From Oligoflexales bacterium (lineage in GTDB: Bacteria; Bdellovibrionota_B; Oligoflexia; Oligoflexales; Bog-1112), in NCBI GenBank assembly GCA_045106415.1, contig JBGCEP010000052.1:1-28635 (forward strand): DNA of 28,635 nucleotides, read 5' to 3'. The notes beneath the pieces were generated by a model. It had not been told where the DNA came from. It saw only the letters and a program-made list of their open reading frames with translations, and searched no databases. The position numbers and the translations under genes were made by a program. Positions 8,059 to 16,852 of the stretch are shown here, in pieces. The stretch's first letter is position 1. The number at the start of each line of letters is the position of its first letter.

Positions 8059-11000
8059 TCAATGATGCTCTTTATCGTTATGCTTTTTATCATCACTACC
8101 GTGATGCGGTGCATAACCATAATGTTTATATTCCTCATATGCCGTGAGAGGTTCTTCACGCTCAACGGCTGCGAGATAACTAACGTTTGGCAGAGTCTTC
8201 AAACCGTAATGACCATGCTCAGGATCTCCACCAAGCATCAAATAGGCTCGGCTGTCTTTCCGTTGCTGAGAAACTCGGCTTGTTTTATCATTCAAATTGC
8301 CAAAAGTAATAGCTTCAGATGGGCACGTTTGCTGACACGCTACCAATGCTTCACCATCACGCAATTGTCTGCCTTCTCTTTTTGCTTTATGTTTTGCATC
8401 TCTCAAACGACCGACACAGAAATTACATTTTTCCATGACACCGCGCGTTCGAACAGTCACATCTGGGTTCATTGCTCTTGGGTTTCTATCTTGAGGACGC
8501 TCACCCATCTCACCCCATTTATGTGTCCACCAGTTAAAGCGGCGTACTTTATAAGGGCAAGCATTTGCACAATAACGAGTCCCAACACAGCGATTGTAGG
8601 TCATCGCATTGATACCCTCAGGATCATGAGTTGTCGCGAAAACCGGACAAACCGCTTCACAAGGAGCGTGATTACAATGCTGACACATCACAGGCTGGAA
8701 ACTCACAACAGGATGATCGACTGAGCCGTAGTAATAACGATCCATTCGAATCCAGTGCATTTCTCGCCCAAGAAGAATCTGTTCTCGTCCGACTTGAGGA
8801 ACATTATTCTCAATCGAACAAGCCACCATACAGGCATTACAACCAGTACAACGATCCAGGTCAATGGACATGCCCCAATGATATTGAGCTTTTTCTAATG
8901 GAGGAAATAAGTCTGGAACATCGTCAAGATCCACCGATTTTCGGCTCACTTGGTTTGCTTTATTAAGACTCATTTTCTTTAAGACATCAGTTCGATTTGC
9001 GATATTATTATGCTTTTGCATCGCTGCTAATCGATACCAACGATCCGTCCCTTCAATCGTTACTCTAGATCCTGTCGTGACAGGATCACCTGTCACTGTG
9101 TCACCATCTCGGGCCACGAGAGCTAAAGGATTAACACCATTCCGATGAGCAATTGTTGAATCAGGATTTTCTGCCCCATTCCCTCGAGGGATCACAACAG
9201 CTTCTCTATGAAGACCTGGCATTGGAAAAGCAGCTGCTTCGACTTTACCTCCTGGACCTTGAACCACCACAATTTGATTGCGACGAAGATTCATCTCTTT
9301 CATCGTATGAGGGTTCATGCCAACCCAAGTATCCCAAGCAATTGTTGACATACTGTCGCCAACTTCTTGAAGCACAGGTAAATGAGCTCCTCGACCATCA
9401 TGCAAGCGGTGATCCATTGGAGTAAGCAACTTCAATCCTGAAACCGCTGGAATCAAATCGATACGAAACTGTTTCATTTGAGGAAGGTTTCTTTTCTGCA
9501 TTCTTCCCCAGAAACCTCGTCTCAAGACACCCTTTGAGAAAATTTCATAATCAAGAGGAACATTTGCTTCACTATGAAGACGCTCCCATCTTTTCATCAA
9601 CCAAGCACGATAATCTTCAGCATCAATCCCTCTGCCAGCCGCTGCTGCTACCCACAACAAGATATCTTCTGCTTGACGTGTATCTTTCGTAGGTCGAACT
9701 GTCGGCTGTCTAAAGCTCCAAAATCCTTCAACAGGACTCTCATCTCCCCAGCTCTCTAAATAATGGTGAGAAGGCAAAAGGAGGTCAGCATGAACATCTG
9801 TCGATGCTGGCATCGATTGAACAGAAACAACTGTGCCAATCTTCTTTAGAAGACCCTCAACGCCAACGCTTTGTGGAAGCGTATGAACAGGATCTGTTTC
9901 AATGACAAAGAGGACATCTAATTTTTCAGCATCACGTAGAAAACGAGCCATATCACCTGTTTTCACAGGGCTACGGAACCAACCTTCATGGAACATCAAG
10001 ATACGCTTATAAGCGCCAACCAAGATATTCACCATAATTGCTGCGAGTTGAATATTTGTACTATCTGCCGAGACAGCAGAGTCACCAGCAAATAAAACAC
10101 TCGGTGTTGCCAACATATCTTTTGCAAGCTGATCAAAAACTGATTTTTTTACACCTGTTTTTTCATAAGCGCTATCAAGAGCAGCTTTATGATCAACAAT
10201 TGTTTTTCGAATCCATGATTTTTCTTGTTCTGTCCCTTGAGTTTTACTTTGCTCAAGAAGTGACTTCACAAGAAGAAGCGTCGTGGTTAAATCATGACCT
10301 GGTCGAATGACGTATCTTTCATCACTCGCTCCACCAGTCTTCGTTAAATCAGATTCAAACTGAACATGACGCCCTGCTGATTGCTTACGCTTTGAGTATG
10401 CATGGAACTCGCTATAACCTTTTTCCATAAAGGTTGGAGCAACGCCTCCTCCAATAATATCAGCACCAACACCGACAACAAGACGTGCTTCATGAAGCAG
10501 TGGCCTAGGAATACCTTCTTGGCCAAATGCCATTTTATGAGCAGCAGCAGAGGCAGCATAACTACCATCCGCTTCGTAAGTATAAAGATGGTCTCGAGAA
10601 GAGCCCACTGCTTCTAGAAAATCAGCCATAAATTGATGACGATGACCACTTGCACCTCCGGTCAAAATACCAACCTTTTGGCCACCGCTGACTTTTTTCC
10701 CCAGCTCTTTCCAAACCTGGTTCCATTTCAGAGCAGTTTTCGCACCGTCGGCAACTCGGTACGCTTCGTCGCGACGCTCTGGATGGTACAACCCCTGGAT
10801 CATCCCTTGACCAAGAGAGCATAAAGCTCCTTGACTCATAGGGTGCTCTGGATTGCCTTCCAACTTCACTGGACGACCTTCTCGAGTTTTCACAACAACA
10901 CCACAACCTGAAGCACAGCCTCCACAAGTTGAGGCATACCAAGTACTCACACCCGGCACAGAGTCAATCGGTTGATTCACATACGGAACAGCTGTTTCTT

Positions 11001-11295
11001 CAGGACGCTTCACACAAGCAGCTGTTGCTGACAGCGTGGCAGAAGCTCCAAAAAGCCGCATAAAATTCCGACGATCAACCTCTAGACTAGCTTCACCTGT
11101 TTTTGCAAACTCACCAGAAGCACTTGGATCCGTTGCAGCAATATCAGGAAAAACCTCTTCTACGGATGTATAGTAAGGGCTTGGTAGAGGCTCCTCTTGC
11201 CGCTCCAATGGACCGTCAAGGGGCGCTTCAACAACCTGGGTTTTTGATAAACGCCCCAGTTCTTGCTCTTCACCCGCATCGATTTCAACAGTCAA
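8059..11295 (-). CDS. actB: alternative complex III subunit ActB (molybdopterin oxidoreductase-like domain fused to an Fe-S domain)
   Basis: Tat motif DRRNFMRL, REGRPVKLEGNPEHP, and C-terminal ferredoxin motifs CTGCNACMVAC, CQHCNHAPCEAVC, CVGTRYCANAC, CNFC...CQQTC; TTG start after GGGGGA. Confidence 0.95.
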   Translation of the reverse strand: MTVEIDAGEEQELGRLSKTQVVEAPLDGPLERQEEPLPSPYYTSVEEVFPDIAATDPSASGEFAKTGEASLEVDRRNFMRLFGASATLSATAACVKRPEETAVPYVNQPIDSVPGVSTWYASTCGGCASGCGVVVKTREGRPVKLEGNPEHPMSQGALCSLGQGMIQGLYHPERRDEAYRVADGAKTALKWNQVWKELGKKVSGGQKVGILTGGASGHRHQFMADFLEAVGSSRDHLYTYEADGSYAASAAAHKMAFGQEGIPRPLLHEARLVVGVGADIIGGGVAPTFMEKGYSEFHAYSKRKQSAGRHVQFESDLTKTGGASDERYVIRPGHDLTTTLLLVKSLLEQSKTQGTEQEKSWIRKTIVDHKAALDSAYEKTGVKKSVFDQLAKDMLATPSVLFAGDSAVSADSTNIQLAAIMVNILVGAYKRILMFHEGWFRSPVKTGDMARFLRDAEKLDVLFVIETDPVHTLPQSVGVEGLLKKIGTVVSVQSMPASTDVHADLLLPSHHYLESWGDESPVEGFWSFRQPTVRPTKDTRQAEDILLWVAAAAGRGIDAEDYRAWLMKRWERLHSEANVPLDYEIFSKGVLRRGFWGRMQKRNLPQMKQFRIDLIPAVSGLKLLTPMDHRLHDGRGAHLPVLQEVGDSMSTIAWDTWVGMNPHTMKEMNLRRNQIVVVQGPGGKVEAAAFPMPGLHREAVVIPRGNGAENPDSTIAHRNGVNPLALVARDGDTVTGDPVTTGSRVTIEGTDRWYRLAAMQKHNNIANRTDVLKKMSLNKANQVSRKSVDLDDVPDLFPPLEKAQYHWGMSIDLDRCTGCNACMVACSIENNVPQVGREQILLGREMHWIRMDRYYYGSVDHPVVSFQPVMCQHCNHAPCEAVCPVFATTHDPEGINAMTYNRCVGTRYCANACPYKVRRFNWWTHKWGEMGERPQDRNPRAMNPDVTVRTRGVMEKCNFCVGRLRDAKHKAKREGRQLRDGEALVACQQTCPSEAITFGNLNDKTSRVSQQRKDSRAYLMLGGDPEHGHYGLKTLPNVSYLAAVEREEPLTAYEEYKHYGYAPHHGSDDKKHNDKEHH

Positions 11296-11323
11296 AGCAT
11301 ATCCCCCAAATCACTCTCAAAAA

Positions 11324-11926
11324 TTAATAGTGGCAAGTATTACAACTAACAGGAGCATAAGTTTTACGACCGGATCCATCATCCGGCCACTCCTGGTTAT
11401 GACACTCTAAACACCAACCCATCTGCAGAGGAGCAACTTGCTCCGCTGTTGTCATAGTCTCTACAGGACCGTGACAAGTCTGACAGTTGATAAGGTCTTT
11501 ACCGTCCGGCCCTTTGGCATGAACATGAACCTCGTGAGAAAAACGCACAAAATCCGGAAGATCATGAACCTTAGTCCATTCTATAGCTTGATTATTTTCA
11601 TACATTTTTGTGAGTTGCTTAATAGCTGGCTTATCTGTCGCTGCAAAACGGTGGCAACCCATACATGTGTTCATAGGAGGGATACCAGCAGAAATCGACC
11701 GCCGAGCAGCAGAGTGGCAATACTCACAATCAATCTTCATTTTTCCCGCATGCAAGCTATGGTCAAAAGGCAAAGGTTGATCAGGGTGATACCCCGGACT
11801 AAACATCGATAAACTCGAATCATCCACAGCATCACCAGGAGTCCAAGCCCACCATTGATATTTCCCGTAACCTGTTTGAGATTGCAAACTCATAACACTT
11901 ACAAACACTAAAAGAAGTCGGAACAC
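11324..11926 (-). CDS. actA: alternative complex III pentaheme cytochrome c ActA
   Basis: Five CxxCH motifs (CEYCH, CMGCH, CQTCH, CLECH, CNTCH), plus QPLPFDHSLH, VHDLPDFVRFSH and MGWC. Confidence 0.94.
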   Translation of the reverse strand: MFRLLLVFVSVMSLQSQTGYGKYQWWAWTPGDAVDDSSLSMFSPGYHPDQPLPFDHSLHAGKMKIDCEYCHSAARRSISAGIPPMNTCMGCHRFAATDKPAIKQLTKMYENNQAIEWTKVHDLPDFVRFSHEVHVHAKGPDGKDLINCQTCHGPVETMTTAEQVAPLQMGWCLECHNQEWPDDGSGRKTYAPVSCNTCHY

Positions 11927-12144
11927 CGAAACAGCCTCCCAGAATAATGGATCGTCTCTCGATCCTCATCCTACATTAGAAATTTGACCACAGCAATCGG
12001 GACATCAATAAAAATCAAAGGATATCAAAACGATATCGATTATCGCTATCATATAAGTTACGCCATTGTTCTATAATGAGTATACATTGAGTGTCGGCAA
12101 AGATGGTGCTAAACCATCTGAAAATTTTAAAAGAGGTTTTTTCC

Positions 12145-14148
12145 ATGTTCAAGATTCATGCTCCATTCAAACCGGCAGGTGATCAACCTCAGGCCATCCA
12201 TGAAATCACAAAATCATTCCAAGATGGGAACACCCACCACACTCTCATGGGTGTGACAGGCTCTGGCAAAACTTTTACTATGGCTCATACAATCGCTGCT
12301 CTTGGCACATCAGCCCTTGTCATTGCCCCTAATAAAACACTTGCAGCACAACTTTTTGTCGAACTTAAAGAGTTTCTCAATGAAGACAACGTTGGTTTTT
12401 TCATTAGTTATTATGATTATTATCAACCTGAAGCATATGTCCCTGGGTCTGATACATACATCGCAAAAGACAGCTCAATAAATGATGATATTGACAAAAT
12501 GCGTCACAGTACAACACAAATGCTGTTTGAAAAAAAACAGTGTGTCGTCGTGGCTAGTGTCAGTTGCATTTATGGCCTTGGATCTCCAAGTTCTTATGCA
12601 GAAATGTCGATTTCTTTGGAAGTAGGACAAGATCTTACACGTGAAAAATTTTTAAGAAGCCTTGTTGATATTCAGTATGCACGTAACGATTTTCAGCTCG
12701 TGAGAGGGCACTTTCGTGTCAGAGGGGACATTGTTGATGTTCTCCCTGCAAATCAATCTGACACAGCAATACGTATTGAGTTTTTTGGCCAAGAGATTGA
12801 TTCCATTCTCTTGATTGACGCATTAACTGGGGAGATTGTCCGAGAACTTGAAACCGTGAGCCTCTACCCTAATAGTCATTATGTAACCGATCGTAAAGAC
12901 ATAAAAATGATCACAAAAGAAATACTTGATGATTTAGGAAAAAGGCTTCGCACTTTAGAAAAACAGAATAAACTCGTAGAGGCTCAACGTCTTGAACAAA
13001 GAACAATGCAAGATGTAGAGACGATGGAGCAAATAGGTTATTGCCCTGGAATAGAGAATTATTCTCGCTACCTCACAGGTAATGCTCCTGGTGAACCACC
13101 TCCTTGTTTGTTAGATTATTTCGGAAAAGATTTCCTCACAATCATCGATGAAAGCCATATCACAGTTGCTCAAATAGGAGGGATGTTTAAAGGTGATCGT
13201 GCAAGAAAAAAAAACTTAGTCGATTTTGGTTTTCGCCTTCCTTCTGCACTCGATAACCGCCCCTTAAATTTCGAAGAGTTTCTTGAACGCACACCAAAAA
13301 CGCTCTACGTTTCTGCGACTCCTGGTGAATTTGAAATAGAGAAATCCGGTTTACATTACTCTGAACAAATCATTAGACCAACAGGTTTGATTGATCCAGA
13401 AATTGAAATACGTCCTTCAAAAGGGCAGGTTGACAACCTTCTTGGAGAACTTCGAAAAGAATCAGAAAAAAAAGGGAAAATTCTCATCACCACACTTACA
13501 AAAAAAATGGCAGAAGAACTTTCAGAATATTTTCAAGAATACGGTATTCGCATCAGATATTTGCATTCTGATATCGATGCTCTGGAACGATCAGAATTAA
13601 TTCGGGATTTAAGAAGAGATAAATTTGACGCTCTTGTCGGCATCAACCTTTTAAGAGAGGGTTTAGATATACCTGAAGTTTCTCTTGTTGCTATTATGGA
13701 TGCTGACAAAGAAGGTTTTCTTCGATCAAGACGCTCACTCATTCAAACGGTAGGGCGAGCTGCTAGAAATGAAAACGCACAAGTTATTTTTTACGCAGAT
13801 AAAATGACCCCCTCTATGAAAGCTTGTATTGAAGAAACAAATAGACGAAGAGACATACAATCAGAACACAATAAAAAACACGGCATCATACCGCACACAA
13901 TTCAAAAAGCCTTGCCCCAAGATCTCCGAGCTATTTATGGTATTCAAAATGAAGAAAACGAAAAGAAAAACGACACTCAAAAACATTCTTTACTCTCTAT
14001 AGAGCAAATCGAAAAAATAACGCGCACAAAAACAAAAGCAATGCATAAAGCAGCAGGTTCTCTAGATTTTGAAAAAGCAGCTGAAATTCGTGATGAGATT
14101 AAAAGTCTCAAAGAAGAATTACTCATACGTCGAGAAAATCATGATTGA
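12145..14148 (+). CDS. uvrB: excinuclease ABC subunit B
   Basis: GVTGSGKT, NKTLAAQL, YYDYYQPEAY, DESH, GINLLREGLD, QTVGRAAR and a C-terminal UVR domain; ATG 12145 follows GAGG. Confidence 0.98.
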   Translation: MFKIHAPFKPAGDQPQAIHEITKSFQDGNTHHTLMGVTGSGKTFTMAHTIAALGTSALVIAPNKTLAAQLFVELKEFLNEDNVGFFISYYDYYQPEAYVPGSDTYIAKDSSINDDIDKMRHSTTQMLFEKKQCVVVASVSCIYGLGSPSSYAEMSISLEVGQDLTREKFLRSLVDIQYARNDFQLVRGHFRVRGDIVDVLPANQSDTAIRIEFFGQEIDSILLIDALTGEIVRELETVSLYPNSHYVTDRKDIKMITKEILDDLGKRLRTLEKQNKLVEAQRLEQRTMQDVETMEQIGYCPGIENYSRYLTGNAPGEPPPCLLDYFGKDFLTIIDESHITVAQIGGMFKGDRARKKNLVDFGFRLPSALDNRPLNFEEFLERTPKTLYVSATPGEFEIEKSGLHYSEQIIRPTGLIDPEIEIRPSKGQVDNLLGELRKESEKKGKILITTLTKKMAEELSEYFQEYGIRIRYLHSDIDALERSELIRDLRRDKFDALVGINLLREGLDIPEVSLVAIMDADKEGFLRSRRSLIQTVGRAARNENAQVIFYADKMTPSMKACIEETNRRRDIQSEHNKKHGIIPHTIQKALPQDLRAIYGIQNEENEKKNDTQKHSLLSIEQIEKITRTKTKAMHKAAGSLDFEKAAEIRDEIKSLKEELLIRRENHD

Positions 14149-15940
14149 AAAAATCAAAACTCTGCCAACAGGTCCTGGTGTTTATTTAATGAAAGGTCAA
14201 AATGACAAGGTTTTATACGTTGGCAAGGCTATCAATTTAAAATCACGAGTTAGGTCCTATTTTCAAAAAAATATTTCTATAAAAACACAAGCTCTCACTC
14301 AACGAATTGTCGACATTGATGTTATCTTAGTCGATAATGAAATCGAAGCCCTTTTACTTGAAAGGTCTCTTATTCGAGATCATCAACCCACTTATAATAT
14401 TTTATTACGTGATGATAAAGAATTTCCATGGCTTAGAATTGATATCCAAAACCCCTGGCCAAGAATACGTAAAGTTCGCAAAAGAAAAGAAGACCAAGCC
14501 ATCTATCTTGGCCCTTACACACACGTTGGACATTTAGACTCAATACTTCGTCTCACTTCTTCAATTTTTCCTTTTATACAATGTTCCGAATCTGAATTTC
14601 GACAAGCCTCTCGCCCTTGCAATTATTTTGACATCAAACGATGCTTAGCGCCTTGTTGCGGGAAAATTTCTTCAGAAGATTATAAAATGATGATGAGTGA
14701 TGCTATTGACTTTTTAAAAGGAAAAACATCTAAAGTCTTAAAAAATTTAAAAATGAAAATGAAAACAGCAGCCGAAAAAGAACTTTTTGAAGTTGCAGCG
14801 AGATATAGAGACCAAATGATAGCTCTTGAGAAAGTCACTGAAAAACAAACAGTCATTTCTCAATCTGATCACAATGTCGACTATATCGCTATCATACAAA
14901 AAGAAGAATATTCTTTCGTGACTATTTTACGCATTCGAAACGGCATTCTCACAGGACAAGATTCACACTTTATTGAAACAACGAATATTTACTCTTCAAA
15001 TCCATTAAGAGACTTTTTATTACTTTATTACAATGAAAGGATTGCTCCCTCTCATATTATTGTTGAAAAAGAACCTAATGAAAAAGCTTTAAATCAAGTC
15101 CTCGAAACAAGTATATCAAAGCCTTCATCAGAAACAGAAAAAAAACTACTTGAGACCGCTCAACGTAACGCTCATTATGAACTCTCTGAATACCTACGGA
15201 CTACCTATGGTCGCCAAGCAGCTTTAGAAATGATCCAGCAAAGACTTGCCTTGTCAAAATATCCTGAGAGCATGGTTTGTATCGATGTTTCTAATTTACA
15301 AAATCAATCTATAGTAGCTTCTTTAGTATATTTCCATGATGGTAAACCCGACAAATCAAAATATCGCGTTTACCACATTCAATCTCTCGATAATCATCAC
15401 GACGATTACCAAAGTATTCGAGAAGTCATGACTCGTTATTTAAAAAGATCTATAGAAGAAGAAACACTCCCCGATCTAATTCTTATAGATGGAGGAAAAG
15501 GACAACTTCAAGCAGCTTTAGATGCCTGTCAGTATTTTTCTTCTCAAAAAATTATCGTTGAAATTGCATCCATAGCAAAAGCTCGATCCCGCACACAACA
15601 ACCAGAAAGAATTTATCGTCCTCATCAACTTCACCCTATTATTCTTAAACCCGGTGATTCTGACTTTCGAGTTCTCACAAGCTTACGAGATGAGGCCCAT
15701 CGTTTTGCAATACAGCATCATCGCAAAAAAAGATCACAAAACACAAAACGATCTCTTCTCGACCAAGTTGATGGCGTTGGACCAGTGCTAAAAAAGAAAT
15801 TATTTGAAAAATTTACAACAATAGAAGATATGCAGCACGCATCAATTGATGCATTCACACAAATACCTGGCATTTCTGAAAAAGTTGCTTTGAATATCCA
15901 AGCAATACTTCATGCAGAAGACCTAAAAAAGAAAGAGTGA
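14141..15940 (+). CDS. uvrC: excinuclease ABC subunit C
   Basis: GIY-YIG domain (PGVYLM...YVGKA), Cys cluster, UVR domain, DLILIDGGKGQ, LRDEAHRFA, C-terminal HhH; ATG 14141 overlaps the uvrB stop. Confidence 0.97.
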   Translation: MIEKIKTLPTGPGVYLMKGQNDKVLYVGKAINLKSRVRSYFQKNISIKTQALTQRIVDIDVILVDNEIEALLLERSLIRDHQPTYNILLRDDKEFPWLRIDIQNPWPRIRKVRKRKEDQAIYLGPYTHVGHLDSILRLTSSIFPFIQCSESEFRQASRPCNYFDIKRCLAPCCGKISSEDYKMMMSDAIDFLKGKTSKVLKNLKMKMKTAAEKELFEVAARYRDQMIALEKVTEKQTVISQSDHNVDYIAIIQKEEYSFVTILRIRNGILTGQDSHFIETTNIYSSNPLRDFLLLYYNERIAPSHIIVEKEPNEKALNQVLETSISKPSSETEKKLLETAQRNAHYELSEYLRTTYGRQAALEMIQQRLALSKYPESMVCIDVSNLQNQSIVASLVYFHDGKPDKSKYRVYHIQSLDNHHDDYQSIREVMTRYLKRSIEEETLPDLILIDGGKGQLQAALDACQYFSSQKIIVEIASIAKARSRTQQPERIYRPHQLHPIILKPGDSDFRVLTSLRDEAHRFAIQHHRKKRSQNTKRSLLDQVDGVGPVLKKKLFEKFTTIEDMQHASIDAFTQIPGISEKVALNIQAILHAEDLKKKE

Positions 15941-16306
15941 ATAAAATTGTGAATCTATTGAAGTCAAATCAATAAGCATGCAGCAACTATTTCACTTTCA
16001 AAGATGCACTCAAAAATAAATTGTTTTAATGGAAATAAAATTGCTCTAAACACCAACTATACTGTCATAATCAACATAATTACACAAAAAATGTGGCCCG
16101 CGAAAAATAACAATTTATCGTCAACACATTCAATCCACTTGACATAATCACACTTAAAAATTAGTGACCATTGCCTCTAATAACTATTCATCACAATCAT
16201 CTTAATCTAGTGTTTTCGGAAAAGACCTTCATAAAAAAGGTTATAAAAGAACAATTCAAATATTATAAACAACATCATTAAACTTAAAAAAACTTGGGAA
16301 TTAAGA

Positions 16307-16322
16307 CTTACTACGTAGTAAG
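16307..16322. repeat. perfect 16-bp palindrome CTTACTACGTAGTAAG
   Basis: The sequence equals its own reverse complement. Confidence 0.9.
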
Positions 16323-16560
16323 ATGGAAGTACTACTACCTATATTATTGATGACATGGGAGTCTAAAGTACGAAAAAATGCTTTATAGGGCAAGGTTCGA
16401 GATAGAATATTAGATCATTTTATTTACGCATTAAAAATTTCAACAATCTAATAAACCACTAATTTCAAAGAAACATTTAGCATCTATGATACATGTAAAT
16501 AAGACCTTGTTTTACTATCATTGTCAAAAGAAATTCCGCAGGAATTATTTAGCCAAAAAA

Positions 16561-16569
16561 TGGTATAAT
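16561..16569 (+). promoter_or_regulatory. extended -10 element TGGTATAAT
   Basis: Exact TGnTATAAT consensus, but in an AT-rich background where chance matches are possible. Confidence 0.4.
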
Positions 16570-16579
16570 ATTACAGCAG

Positions 16580-16611
16580 ATCAATTTATCAAAAAAAATA
16601 GATAAATTGAT
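16580..16611. repeat. 11-bp perfect inverted repeat
   Basis: ATCAATTTATC-10 nt-GATAAATTGAT. Confidence 0.85.
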
Positions 16612-16852
16612 TGAATACATGACCACTGTATTAAAAAAATGATCAGAAAAGTTCTTTGAATAATGCTGACTCAGGAAATTACACTTTTAACCTCTGTGTA
16701 TAAAAATCATATTCTGCACTTTGGCAAAAGTCTTATTTATAAGAATATTCAAATCTTTTAAAGAAAAGTAATTTTATTAAAAGAGTCTAAAAAAAATTTT
16801 CTAGATAAAATCGAACCCCTCTCTCATCACAAAATCAAATGTAATTTTTTCT

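Noticed and set aside
7975..8724. 249-aa + strand ORF
   Set aside because: Antisense shadow of the conserved actB/actC region with no recognisable motifs. The other short ORFs nested in or antisense to known genes are rejected for the same reason.
11985..11998. FNR-like box upstream of actA (TTGACCACAGCAAT)
   Set aside because: The second half-site and spacing do not fit TTGAT-N4-ATCAA.
13206..13214. A9 tract in uvrB as a phase-variation site
   Set aside because: The frame is intact, and A runs are common in Lys codons in this AT-rich stretch.
16137..16164. dif-like site (reverse complement CTAATTTTTAA-GTGTGA-TTATGTCAAGT)
   Set aside because: The XerD-like arm is plausible but the XerC arm is poor, and + strand genes are C-rich on both sides, so there is no skew switch marking a terminus.
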